Positions 15,001-30,000 of a stretch of 64,000 nt of DNA are shown here, in pieces. The translations under genes were made by a program, and so were the position numbers. This DNA comes from Eledone cirrhosa. Taxonomy: Eukaryota. The stretch is from the NCBI GenBank assembly GCA_964016885.1, contig OZ024743.1:376836001-376900000 (forward strand), written 5' to 3'. The number at the start of each line of letters is the position of its first letter. Positions within the stretch are counted from its first letter, which is position 1. Under the pieces are notes generated by a model, which had not been told where the DNA came from, ran no database searches, and was given only the letters and a program-made list of their open reading frames with translations.

Positions 15001-18000
15001 TAGAGGGATATATTTGGTCACTGTTGCCAATAGATGTTATAGGGATATATTTGGTCACTGTTGTCAATAGATGCTATAGGGATATATTTGGTCACTGTTG
15101 TCAATAGATATTATAGGGATATATTTGGTCACTGTTGCCAATAGATGTTATAGGGATATATTTGGTCACTGTTGCCAATTGATGCTATAGGGATATATTT
15201 GGTCACTGTTGTCAATAGATGCTATAGGGATATATTTGGTCACTGTTGCCAATTGATGCTATAGGGATATATTTGGTCACTGTTGCCAATTGATGCTATA
15301 GGGATATATTTGGTCACTGTTGCCAATAGATGCTAGAGGGGTATATTTGGTCCCTGTTGCCAATAGAAGTTATAGGGATATATTTGGTCACTGTGGCCAA
15401 TTGATGCTATAGGGATATATTTGGTCACTGTTGCCAATAGATGCTATAGGGATATATTTGGTCACTGTTGCCAATTGATGCTATAGGGATATATTTGGTC
15501 ACTGTTGCCAATTGACGCTATAGGGATATATTTGGTCACTGTTGCCAATAGATGCTATAGAGATATATTTGGTCACTGTTGTCAATAGATGCTATAGGGA
15601 TATATTTGGTCACTGTTGTCAATAGATGCTATAGGGATATATTTGGTCACTGTTATCAATAGATGCTATAGGGATATATTTGGTCACTGTTGCCAATTGA
15701 TGCTATAGGGATATATTTGGTCACTGTTGCCAATAGATGCTATAGGGATATATTTGGTCACTGTTGCCAATTGATGCTATAGGGATATATTTGGTCACTG
15801 TTGCCAATTGACGCTATAGGGATATATTTGGTCACTGTTGCCAATAGATGCTATAGGGATATCTTTGGTCACTGTTGTCAATAGATGCTATAGGGATATA
15901 TTTGGTCACTGTTGCCAATAGATGCTATAGGGATATATTTGGTCACTATTGCCAATAGATGCTATAGGGATATATTTGGTCACTGTAGCCAATAGATGCT
16001 ATAGAGATATATTTGGTCACTGTTGCCAATAGATGCTATAGGGATATATTTGGTCACTGTTGCCAATAGATGCTATAGGAATATATTTGGTCACTGTTGC
16101 CAATAGATGCTATTGGGATATATTTGGTCACTGTTGCCAATTGATGCTATAGGTATATATTTGGTCACTGTTGCCAATAGATGCTATAGGAATATATTTG
16201 GTCACTGTTGCCAATAGATGCTATAGGGATATATTTGGTCACTGTTGTCAATAGATATTATAGGGATATATTTGGTCACTGTTGCCAATAGATGTTATAG
16301 GGATATATTTGGTCACTGTTGCCGATTGATGCTATAGGGATATATTTGGTCACTGTTGTCAATAGATGCTATAGGGATATATTTGGTCACTGTTGCCAAT
16401 TGATGCTATAGGGATATATTTGGTCACTGTTGCCAATTGATGCTATAGGGATATATTTGGTCACTGTTGCCAATAGATGCTAGAGGGGTATATTTGGTCC
16501 CTGTTGCCAATAGAAGTTATAGGGATATATTTGGTCACTGTGGCCAATTGATGCTATAGGGATATATTTGGTCACTGTTGCCAATAGATGCTATAGGTAT
16601 ATATTTGGTCACTGTTGCCAATAGATGCTATAGGGGTATATTTGGTCACTGTTGCCAATAGAAGTTATAGGGATATATTTGGTCACTGTTGCCAATTGAT
16701 GCTATAGGGATATATTTGGTCACTGTTGTGAATAGATGCTATAGGGATATATTTGGTCACTGTTTCCAATAGATGCTATAGGGATATATTTGTTCACTGT
16801 TGCCAATTGATGCTATAGGGATATATTTGGTCACAGTTGCTATTAGATGCTATAGGTATATATTTGGTCACTGTTGCTAATTGATGTTATAGGGATATAT
16901 TTGGTCACTGTTGCCAATAGATGCTATAGGGATATATTTGTTCACTGTTGCCAATTGATGCTATAGGGATATATTTGGTCACTGTTGCTATTAGATGCTA
17001 TAGGTATATATTTGGTCACTGTTGCTAATTGATGTTATAGGGATATATTTGGTCACTGTTGCCAATAGATGCTACAGGGATATATTTGGTCACTGTTGTC
17101 AATAGATGCTATAGGGATATATTTGGTCACTGTTGCCAATTGATGCTATAGGGATATATTTGGTCACTGTTGCTATTAGATGCTATAGGTATATATTTGG
17201 TCACTGTTGCTAATTGATGTTATAGGGATATATTTGGTCACTGTTGCCAATAGATGCTACAGGGATATATTTGGTCACTGTTGTCAATAGATGCTATAGG
17301 GATATATTTGGTCACTGTTGCTACGTGATGCTATAGGGATATATTTGGTCACTGTTGCCAATAGATGCTATAGGGATATATTTAGTCACTTTTGCCAATT
17401 GATGCTATAGGGATATATTTGGTCACTTTTGCCAATTGATGCTATAGGGATATATTTGGTCACTGTTGCCAATAGATGCTACACGGATATATTTGCTCAC
17501 TGTTGTCAATAGATGCTATAGGGATATATTTGGTCACTGTTATCAATAGATGCTATAGGGATATATTTGGTCACTGTTGTCAATAGATGCTATAGGGATA
17601 TATTTGGTCACTGTTATCAATAGATGCTATAGGGATATATTTGGTCACTGTTGTCAATAGATGCTATAGGGATATATTTGGTCACTGTTATCAATAGATG
17701 CTATAGGGATATATTTGGTCACTGTTATCAATAGATGCTATAGGGATATATTTGGTCACTGTTATCAATAGATGCTATAGGGATATATTTGGTCACTGTT
17801 GTCAATAGATGCTATAGGGATATATTTGGTCACTGTTATCAATAGATGCTATAGGGATATATTTGGTCACTGTTGTCAATAGATGCTATAGGGATATATT
17901 TGGTCACTGTTATCAATAGATGCTATAGGGATATATTTGGTCACTGTTATCAATAGATGCTATAGGGATATATTTGGTCACTGTTGTCAATAGATGCTAT

Positions 18001-21000
18001 AGGGATATATTTGGTCACTGTTATCAATAGATGCTATAGGGATATATTTGGTCACTGTTGTCAATAGATGCTATAGGGATATATTTGGTCACTGTTATCA
18101 ATAGATGCTATAGGGATATATTTGGTCACTGTTGTCAATAGATGCTATAGGGATATATTTGGTCACTGTTATCAATAGATGCTATAGGGATATATTTGGT
18201 CACTGTTGTCAATAGATGCTATAGGGATATATTTGGTCACTGTTATCAATAGATGCTATAGGGATATATTTGGTCACTGTTGTCAATAGATGCTATAGGG
18301 ATATATTTGGTCACTGTTATCAATAGATGCTATAGGGATATATTTGGTCACTGTTGTCAATAGATGCTATAGGGATATATTTGGTCACTGTTATCAATAG
18401 ATGCTATAGGGATATATTTGGTCACTGTTATCAATAGATGCTATAGGGATATATTTGGTCACTGTTATCAATAGATGCTATAGGGATATATTTGGTCACT
18501 GTTGTCAATAGATGCTATAGGGATATATTTGGTCACTGTTATCAATAGATGCTATAGGGATATATTTGGTCACTGTTGTCAATAGATGCTATAGGGATAT
18601 ATTTGGTCACTGTTGCCAATTGATGCTATAGGGATATATTTGGTCACTGTTGCTAATTGATTCTATAGGGATATATTTGGTCACTGTTGCCAATTGATGC
18701 TATAGGGATATATTTGGTCACTGTTGCCAATTGATGCTATAGGGATATATTTGGTCACTGTTGCCAATTGATGCTATAGGGATATATTTGGTCACTGTTG
18801 CTAATTGATTCTATAGGGATATATTTGGTCACTGCTGCCAATAGATGCTATAGGGATATATTTGGTCACTGTTGCTATTAGATGCTATAGGTATATATTT
18901 GGTCACTGTTGCTAATTGATGTTATAGGGATATATTTGGTCACTGTTGCCAATAGATGCTACAGGGATATATTTGGTCACTGTTGTCAATAGATGCTATA
19001 GGGATATATTTGGTCACTGTTGCTAATTGATGCTATAGGGATATATTTGGTCACTGTTGCCAATAGATGCTATAGGGATATATTTGGTCACTTTTGCCAA
19101 TTGATGCTATAGGGATATATTTGGTCACTGTTGCCAATAGATGCTACAGGGATATATTTGCTCACTGTTGTCAATAGATGCTATAGGGATATATTTGGTC
19201 ACTGTTGCCAATTGATGCTATAGGGATATATTTGGTCACTGTTTCCAATTGATGCTATAGGGATATATTTGGTCACTGTTGCCAATAGATGCTATAGGGA
19301 TATATTTGGTCACTGTTGTCAATAGATGCTATAGGGATATATTTGGTCACTGTTGCTAATTGATGCTATAGGGATATATTTGGTCACTGTTGCTAATTGA
19401 TGCTATAGGGATATATTTGGTCACTGTTGCCAATAGATGCTATAGGGATATATTTGGTCACTTTTGCCAATTGATGCTATAAGGATATATTTGGTCACTG
19501 TTGTCAATAGATGCTATAGGGATATATTTGTTCACTGTTGCCAATAGATGCTATAGGGATATATTTGGTCACTGTTATTAATAGATGCTATAGGGATATA
19601 TTTGGTCACTGTTGCCAATAGATGCTATAGGGATATATTTGGTCACTGTTGCCAATTGATGCTATAGGGATATATTTGGTCACTGTTGCCAATAGATGCT
19701 ATAGGGATATATTTGGTCACTGTTGCCAATTGATGTTATAGGGATATATTTGGTCACTGCTGCCAATAGATGCTATAGGGATATATTTGGTCACTGTTGT
19801 CAATAGATGCTATAGGGATATATTTGGTCACTGTTGCCAATAGATGCTATAGAGATATATTTGGTCACTGTTGTCAATAGATGCTATAGGCATATATTTG
19901 GTCACTGTTTCCAATTGATGCTATAGGGATATATTTGGTCACTGTTGCCAATAGATGCTATAGGGATATATTTGGTCACTGTTGCCAATTGATGCTATAG
20001 GGATATATCTGGTCACTGTTGTCAATAGATGCTATAGGGATATATTTGATCACTGTTGCCAATTGATGTTATAGGGATATATTTGGTCACTGCTGCCAAT
20101 AGATGCTATAGGGATATATTTGGTCACTGTTGTCAATAGATGCTATAGGGATGTATTTGGTCACTATTGCCAATAGATGCTATAGGGATATATTTGGTCA
20201 CTATTGCCAATTGATTCTATAGGGATATATTTGGTCACTGTTGCCAATAGATGCTATAGGGATATATTTGGTCACTGTTGCCAATAGATGCTATAGGGAT
20301 ATATTTGGTCACTGTTGTCAATAGATGCTATAGGGATATATTTGGTCACTGTTGTCAATAGATGCTATAGGGATATATTTGGTCACTGTTGCCAATAGAT
20401 GCTATAGGGATATATTTGGTCACTGTTGTCAATAGATGCTATAGGGATATATTTGGTCACTGTTGCCAATAGAAGTTATAGGGATATATTTGGTCACTGT
20501 TGTCAATAGATGCTATAGGGATATATTTGGTCACTGTTGTCAATAGATATTATAGGGATATATTTGGTCACTGTTGCCAATAGATGTTATAGGGATATAT
20601 TTGGTCACTGTTGCCAATTGATGCTAGAGGGATATATTTGGTCACTGTTGTCAATAGATGCTATAGGGATATATTTGGTCACTGTTGCCAATTGATACTA
20701 TAGGGATATATTTGGTCACTGTTGCCAATTGATGCTATAGGGATATATTTAGTCACTTTTGCCAATAGATGCTAGAGGGGTATATTTGGTCCCTGTTGCC
20801 AATAGAAGTTATAGGGATATATTTGGTCACTGTGGCCAGTTGATGCTATAGGGATATATTTGGTCACTATTGCCAATAGATGCTATAGGTATATATTTGG
20901 TCACTGTTGCCAATAGATTCTATAGGGATATATTTGGTCACTGTTGCCAATAGAAGTTATAGGGATATATTAGGTCACTGTTGCCAATTGATGCTATAGG

Positions 21001-24000
21001 GATATATTTGGTCACTGTTGTGAATAGATGCTATAGGGATATATTTGGTCACTGTTTCCAATAGATGCTATAGGGATATATTTGTTCACTGTTGCCAATT
21101 GATGCTATAGGGATATATTTGGTCACAGTTGCCAATAGATGCTATAGGGATATATTTGGTCACTGTTGCTATTAGATGCTATAGGTATATCTTTGGTCAC
21201 TGTTGCTAATTGATGTTATAGGGATATATTTGGTCACTGTTGCCAATAGATGCTACAGGGATATATTTGGTCACTGTTGTCAATAGATGCTATAGGGATA
21301 TATTTGGTCACTGTTGCTAATTGATGCTATAGGGATATATTTGGTCACTGTTGCCAATAGATGCTATAGGGATATATTTGGTCACTTTTGCCAATTGATG
21401 CTATAGGGATATATTTGGTCACTGTTGCCAATAGATGCTACAGGGATATATTTGCTCACTGTTGTCAATAGATGCTATAGGGATATATTTGGTCACTGTT
21501 GCCAATTGATGCTATAGGGATATTTTTGGTCACTGTTTCCAATTGATGCTATAGGGATATATTTGGTCACTGTTGCCAATAGATGCTATAGGGATATATT
21601 TGGTCACTGTTGTCAATAGATGCTATAGGGATATATTTGGTCACTGTTGCTAATTGATGCTATAGGGATATATTTGGTCACTGTTGCTAATTGATGCTAT
21701 AGGGATATATTTGGTCACTGTTGCCAATAGATGCTATAGGGATATATTTGGTCACTTTTGCCAATTGATGCTATAAGGATATATTTGGTCACTGTTGTCA
21801 ATAGATGCTATAGGGATATATTTGGTCACTGTTGCCAATAGATGCTATAGGGATATATTTGGTCACTGTTGTCAATAGATGCTATAGGGATATATTTGGT
21901 CACTGTTGCCAATTGATGCTATAGGAATATATTTGGTCACTGTTGCCAATAGATGCTATAGGGATATATTTGGTCACTGTTGCCAATTGATGCTATAGGG
22001 ATATATTTGGTCACTCTTGCCAATTGATGCTATAGGGATATATTTGGTCACTGTTGCTAATTGATTCTATAGGGATATATTTGGTCACTGTTGCCAATAG
22101 ATGCTATAGGGATATATTTGGTCACTGTTGTCAATAGATGCTATAGGGATATATTTGGTCACTGTTGCCGATAGATGCTATAGAGATATATTTGTTCACT
22201 GTTGTCAATAGATGCTATAGGGATATATTTGGTCACTGTTGCCAATTGATGCTATAGGGATATATCTGGTCACTCTTGTCAATAGATGCTATAGGGATAT
22301 ATTTGGTCACTGTTGCCAATATATGCTAAAGGGATATATTTGGTCACTGTTGCCAATAGATGCTATAGGGATATATTTGGTCACTGTTATTAATAGATGC
22401 TATAGGGATATATTTGGTCACTGTTGCCAATAGATGCTATAGGGATATATTTGGTCACTGTTGCCAATTGACGCTATAGGGATATATTTGGTCACTGTTG
22501 CCAATATATGCTATAGGGATATATTTGGTCACTGTTGCCAATTGATGTTATAGGGATATATTTGGTCACTGCTGCCAATAGATGCTATAGGGATATATTT
22601 GGTCACTGTTGTCAATAGATGCTATAGGGATATATTTGGTCACTATTGCCAATAGATGCTATAGGGATATATTTGGTCACTATTGCCAATTGATTCTATA
22701 GGGATATATTTGGTCACTGATGCCAATAGATGCTATAGGGATATATTTGGTCACTGTTGTCAATAGATGCTATAGGGATATATTTGGTCACTGTTGCCAA
22801 TAGATGCTATGGGGATATATTTGGTCACTGTTGCCAATAGATGCTATAGGGATATATTTGGTCACTGTTGTCAATAGATGCTATAGGGATATATTTGGTC
22901 ACTGTTGTCAATAGATGCTATAGGGATATATTTGGTCACTGTTGCCAATAGATGCTATAGGGATATATTTGGTCACTGTTGTCAATAGATGCTATAGGGA
23001 TATATTTGGTCACTGTTGCTAATTGATGCTATAGGGATATATTTGGTCACTGTTGTCAATAGATGCTATAGGGATATATTTGGTCACTGTTGCCAATAGA
23101 TGCTATAGGGATATATTTGGTCACTATTGCCAATAGATGCTATAGGGATATATTTGGTCACTGTTGCCAGTAGATGCTATAGGGATATATTTGGTCACTA
23201 TTGCCAATAGATGCTATAGGGATATATTTGGTCACTGTGGCCAATAGATGCTATAGGGATATATTTGGTCACTGTTGCCAATAGATTCTATAGGGATATC
23301 TTTGGTCACTGTTGTCAATAGATGCTATAGGGATATATTTGGTCACTGTTGCCAATTGATGCTATAGGGATATATTTGGTCACTGTTGCCAATTGATGCA
23401 ATAGGGATATATTTGGTCACTGTTGTCAATAGATGCTATAGGGATATATTTGGTCACTGTTGCCAATAGATGCTATAGGGATATATTTGGTCACTGTTGT
23501 CAATAGATGCTATAGGGATATATTTGGTCACTGTTGTCAATAGATGCTATAGGGATATATTTGTTCACAGTTGCCAATAGATGCTATAGGGATATATTTG
23601 GTCACTGTTGCCAATTGATGCTATAGGGATATATTTGGGAACTGTTTTCAATTGATGCTAAAGGGATATATTTGGTCAATGTTGTCAATAGATGCTATAG
23701 GGATATATTTGGTCATTGTTGCCAATATATGCTATAGGGATATATTTGGTCACTATTACCAATAGATGCTATAGGGATATATTTGGTCACTGTTGCCAAT
23801 AGATGCTATAGGGATATATTTGGTCACTATTGCCAATAGATGCTATAGGGATATATTTGGCCACTGTTGCTAATTGATTCTATAGGGATATATTTGGTCA
23901 CTGTTGCCAATAGATGCTATAGGGATATATTTGGTGACTGTTGTCAATAGATGCTATAGGGATATATTTGGTCACTGTTGCCAATAGATGCTATAGGGAT

Positions 24001-27000
24001 ATATTTGGTCACTGTTGCCAATTGATGCTATAGGAATATATTTGGTCACTGTTGCCAATAGATGCTATAGGGATATATTTGGTCTCTGTTGCCAATTGAT
24101 GCTATAGGGATATATTTGGTCACTCTTGCCAATTGATGCTATAGGGATATATTTGGTCACTGTTGCTAATTGATTCTATAGGGATATATTTGGTCACTGT
24201 TGCCAATAGATGCTATAGGGATATATTTGGTCACTGTTGTCAATGGATGCTATAGGGATTTATTTGGTCACTGTTGCCAATAGATGCTATAGAGATATAT
24301 TTGGTCACTGTTGTCAATAGATGCTATAGGGATATATTTGGTCACTGTTGCCACTTGATGCTATAGGGATATATTTGGTCACTGTTGCCAATAGATGCTA
24401 TAGGGATATATTTGGTCACTGTTGCCAATTGATGCTATAGGGATATATCTGGTCACTGTTGTCAATAAATGCTATAGGGATATATTTGGTCACTGTTGTC
24501 AATAGATGCTATAGGGATATATTTGGTCACTATTGCCAATAGATGCTATAGGGATATATTTGTTCACTGTTACCAATTGATGTTATAGGGATATATTTGG
24601 TCACTGCTGCCAATAGATGCTATAGGGATATATTTGGTCACTGTTGTCAATAGATGCTATAGGGATATATTTGGTCACTGTTGCCAATAGATGCTATAGG
24701 GATATATTTGGTCACTGTTGCCAATAGATGCTATAGGGATATATTTGGTCACTGTTGCCAATAGATGCTATAGGGATATATTTGGTCACTGTTGCCAATA
24801 GATGCTATAGGGATATATTTGGTCACTGTTGCCAATAGATGCTATAGGGATATATTTGGTCACTGTTGCCAATTGATGCTATAGGGATATATTTGGTCAC
24901 TGTTGCCAATAGATGCTATAGGGATATATTTGGTCACTGTTGCCAATAGATGCTATAGGGATATATTTGGTCACTGTTGTCAATAGATGCTATAGGGATA
25001 TATTTGGTCACTGTTGTCAATAGATGCTATAGGGATATATTTCGTCACTGTTGCCAATAGATGCTATAGGGATATATTTGGTCACTGTTGCCAATTGACG
25101 CTATAGGGATATATTTGGTCACTGTTGCCAATAGATGCTATAGGGATATATTTGGTCACTGTTGTCAATAGATGCTATAGGGATATATTTGGTCACTATT
25201 GCCAATAGATGCTATAGGGATATATTTGGTCACTATTGCCAATTGATTCTATAGGGATATATTTGGTCACTGTTGCCAATAGATGCTATAGGTATATATT
25301 TAGTCACTGTTGTCAATAGATGCTATAGGGATATATTTGGTCACTGTTGCCAATAGATGCTATAGGGATATATTTGGTCACTGTTGCCAATAGATGCTAT
25401 AGGGATATATTTGGTCACTGTTGTCAATAGATGCTATAGGGATATATTTGGTCACTGTTGTCAATAGATGCTATAGGGATATATTTGGTCACTGTTGCCA
25501 ATAGATGCTATAGGGATATATTTGGTCACTGTTGTCAATAGATGCTATAGGGATATATTTGGTCACTGTTGCTAATTGATGCTATAGGGATATATTTGGT
25601 CACTGTTGTCAATAGATGCTATAGGGATATATTTGGTCACTGTTGCCAATTGATGCTATAGGGATATATTTGGGCACTGTTGTCAATAGATGCTATAGGG
25701 ATATATTTGGTCACTGTTGTCAATAGATGCTATAGGGATATATTTGGTCACTGTTGCCAATAGATGCTATAGGGATATATTTGGTCACTATTGCCAATAG
25801 ATGCTATAGGGATATATTTGGTCACTGTTGCCAGTAAATGCTATAGGGATATATTTGGTCACTATTGCCAATAGATGCTATAGGGATATATTTGGTCACT
25901 GTGGCCAATAGATGCTATAGGGATATATTTGGTCACTGTTGCCAATAGATTCTATACGGATATCTTTGGTCACTGTTGTCAATAGATGCTATAGGGATAT
26001 ATTTGGTCACTGTTGCCAATTGATGCTATAGGGATATATTTGGTCACTGTTGCCAATTGATGCAATAGGGATATATTTGGTCACTGTTGTCAATAGATGC
26101 TATAGGGATATATTTGGTCACTGTTGCCAATAGATGCTATAGGGATATATTTGGTCACTGTTGTCAATAGATGCTATAGGGATATATTTGGTCACTGTTG
26201 TCAATAGATGCTATAGGGATATATTTGTTCACAGTTGGCAATAGATGCTATAGGGATATATTTGGTCACTGTTGCCAATTGATGCTATAGGGATATATTT
26301 GGGCACTGTTGTCAATTGATGCTAAAGGGAAATATTTGGTCAATGTTGTCAATAGATGCTATAGGGATATATTTGGTCATTGTTGCCAATATATGCTATA
26401 GGGATATATTTGGTCACTATTGCCAATAGATGCTATAGGGATATATTTGGTCACTGTTGCTAATTGATTCTATAGGGATATATTTGGTCACTGTTGCCAA
26501 TAGATGCTATAGGGATATATTTGGTCACTGTTGTCAATAGATGCTATAGGGATATATTTGGTCACTGTTGCCAATAGATGCTATAGGGATATATTTGGTC
26601 ACTGTTGCCAATTGATGCTATAGGAATATATTTGGTCACTGTTGCCAATAGATGCTATAGGGATATATTTGGTCTCTGTTGCCAATTGATGCTATAGGGA
26701 TATATTTGGTCACTCTTGCCAATTGATGCTATAGGGATATATTTGGTCACTGTTGCTAATTGATTCTATAGGGATATATTTGGTCACTGTTGCCAATAGA
26801 TGCTATAGGGATATATTTGGTCACTGTTGTCAATGGATTCTATAGGGATATATTTGGTCACTGTTGCCAATAGATGCTATAGCGATATATTTGGTCACTG
26901 TTGTCAATAGATGCTATAGGGATATATTTGGTCACTGTTGCCAATAGATGCTATAGGGATATATTTGGTCACTGTTGCCAATTGATGCTATAGGGATATA

Positions 27001-30000
27001 TCTGGTCACTGTTGTCAATAGATGCTATAGGGATATATTTGGTCACTGTTGCCAATATATGCTAAAGGGATATATTTGGTCACTGTTGCCAATAGATGCT
27101 ATAGGGATATATTTGGTCACTGTTATTAATAGATGCTATAGGGATATATTTGGTCACTGTTGCCAATAGATGCTATAGGGATATATTTGGTCACTGTTGT
27201 CAATTGACGCTATAGGGATATATTTGGTCACTGTTGCCAATAGATGCTATAGGGATATATTTGGTCACTGTTGCCAATTGATGTTATAGGGATATATTTG
27301 GTCACTGCTGCCAATAGATGCTATAGGGATATATTTGGTCACTGTTGTCAATAGATGCTATAGGGATATATTTGGTCACTGTTGCCAATTGATGTTATAG
27401 GGATATATTTGGTCACTGTTGCCAATAGATGCTATAGGGATATATTTGGTCACTGTTGTCAATAGATGCTATAGGGATATATTTGGTCACTGTTGCCAAT
27501 AGATGCTATAGGGATATATTTGGTCACTGTTGCCAATAGATGCTATAGGGATATATTTGGTCACTGTTGTCAATAGATGCTATAGGGATATATTTGGTCA
27601 CTGTTGTCAATAGATGCTATAGGGATATATTTGGTCACTGTTGCCAATAGATGCTATAGGGATATATTTGGTCACTGTTGCCAATTGACGCTATAGGGAT
27701 ATATTTGGTCACTGTTGCCAATAGATGCTATAGGGATATATTTGGTCACTGTTGTCAATAGATGCTATAGGGATATATTTGGTCACTATTGCCAATAGAT
27801 GCTATAGGGATATATTTGGTCACTATTGCCAATTGATTCTATAGGGATATATTTGGTCACTGTTGCCAATAGATGCTATAGGGATATATTTGGTCACTGT
27901 TGTCAATAGATGCTATAGGGATATATTTGGTCACTGTTGCCAATAGATGCTATAGGGATATATTTGGTCACTGTTGCCAATAGATGCTATAGGGATATAT
28001 TTGGTCACTGTTGTCAATAGATGCTATAGGGATATATTTGGTCACTGTTGTCAATAGATGCTATAGGGATATATTTGGTCACTGTTGCCAATAGATGCTA
28101 TAGGGATATATTTGGTCACTGTTGTCAATAGATGCTATAGGGATATATTTGGTCACTGTTGCTAATTGATGCTATAGGGATATATTTGGTCACTGTTGTC
28201 AATAGATGCTATAGGGATATATTTGGTCACTGTTGCCAATTGATGCTATAGGGATATATTTGGGCACTGTTGTCAATAGATGCTATAGGGATATATTTGG
28301 TCACTGTTGCCAATAGATGCTATAGGGATATATTTGGTCACTGTTGTCAATAGATGCTATAGGGATATATTTGGTCACTGTTGTCAATAGATGCTATAGG
28401 GATATATTTGTTCACAGTTGCCAATAGATGCTATAGGGATATATTTGGTCACTGTTGCCAATTGATGCTATAGGGATATATTTGGGCACCGTTGTCAATT
28501 GATGCTATAGGGATATATTTGGTCACTGTTGTCAATAGATGCTATAGGGATATATTTGGTCACTGTTGCCAATAGATGCTATAGGGATATATTTGGTCAC
28601 TATTACCAATAGATGCTATAGGGATATATTTGGTCACTGTTGCCAATAGATGCTATAGGGATATATTTGGTCACTATTGCCAATAGATGCTATAGGGATA
28701 TATTTGGTCACTGTTGCCAATAGATGCTATAGGGATATATTTGGTCACTGTTGCCATTAGATTCTATAGGGATATCTTTGGTCACTTTTGTCAATAGATG
28801 CTATAGGGATATATTTGGTCACTGTTGCCAATTGATGCTATAGGGATATATTTGGTCACTGTTGCCAATTGATGCTATAGGGATATATTTGGTCACTGTT
28901 GTCAATAGATGCTATAGGGATATATCTGGTCACTGTTGTCAATAGATGCTATAGGGATATATTTGGTCACTGTTGCCAATAGATGCTATAGGGATATATT
29001 TGGTCACTGTTGCCAATAGATGCTATAGGGATATATTTGGTCACTGTTGCTAATAGATATTATAGGGATATATTTGGTCACTATTGTCAATAGATGCTAT
29101 AGGGATATATTTGGTCACTGTTGCCAATTGATGTTATAGGGATATATTTGGTCACTGCTGCCAATAGATGCTATAGGGATATATTTGGTCACTGTTGTCA
29201 ATAGATGCTATAGGGATATATTTGGTCACTATTGCCAATAGATACTATAGGGATATATTTGGTCACTGTTGCCAATAGATGCTATAGGGATATATTTGGT
29301 CACTGTTGCCAATAGATGCTATAGGGATATCTTTGGTCACTGTTGTCAATAGATGCTATAGGGATATATTTGGTCACTGTTGCCAATTGATGCTATAGGG
29401 ATATATTTGGTCACTGTTGCCAGTAGATGCTATAGGGATATATTTGGTCACTATTGCCAATAGATGCTATAGGGATATATTTGGTCACTGTTGCCAATAG
29501 ATGCTATAGGGATATATTTGGTCACTGTTGCCAATAGATTCTATAGGGATATCTTTGGTCACTGTTGTCAATAGATGCTATAGGGATATATTTGGTCACT
29601 GTTGCCAATTGATGCTTTAGGGATATATTTGGTCACTGTTGCCAATTGATGCAATAGGGATATATTTGGTCACTGTTGTCAATAGATGCTATAGGGATAT
29701 ATTTGGTCACTGTTGCCAATAGATGCTATAGGGATATATTTGGTCACTGTTGTCAATAGATGCTATAGGGATATATTTGGTCACTGTTGTCAATAGATGC
29801 TATAGGGATATATTTGGTCACAGTTGCCAATAGATGCTATAGGGATATATTTGGTCACTGTTGCCAATTGATGCTATAGGGATATATTTGGGCACTGTTG
29901 TCAATTGATGCTATAGGGATATATTTGGTCACTGTTGTCAATAGATGCTATAGGGATATATTTGGTCACTGTTGCCAATAGATGCTATAGGGATATATTT

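Noticed and set aside
12212-27169. Five 64-aa Cys-containing ORFs (..RCYRDIFGHCCQ) within the satellite
   Set aside because: 37 is not a multiple of 3, so reading cycles through all frames and hits TAG codons every third monomer. These ORFs exist only where chance variants remove the stops, and they start at TTG.
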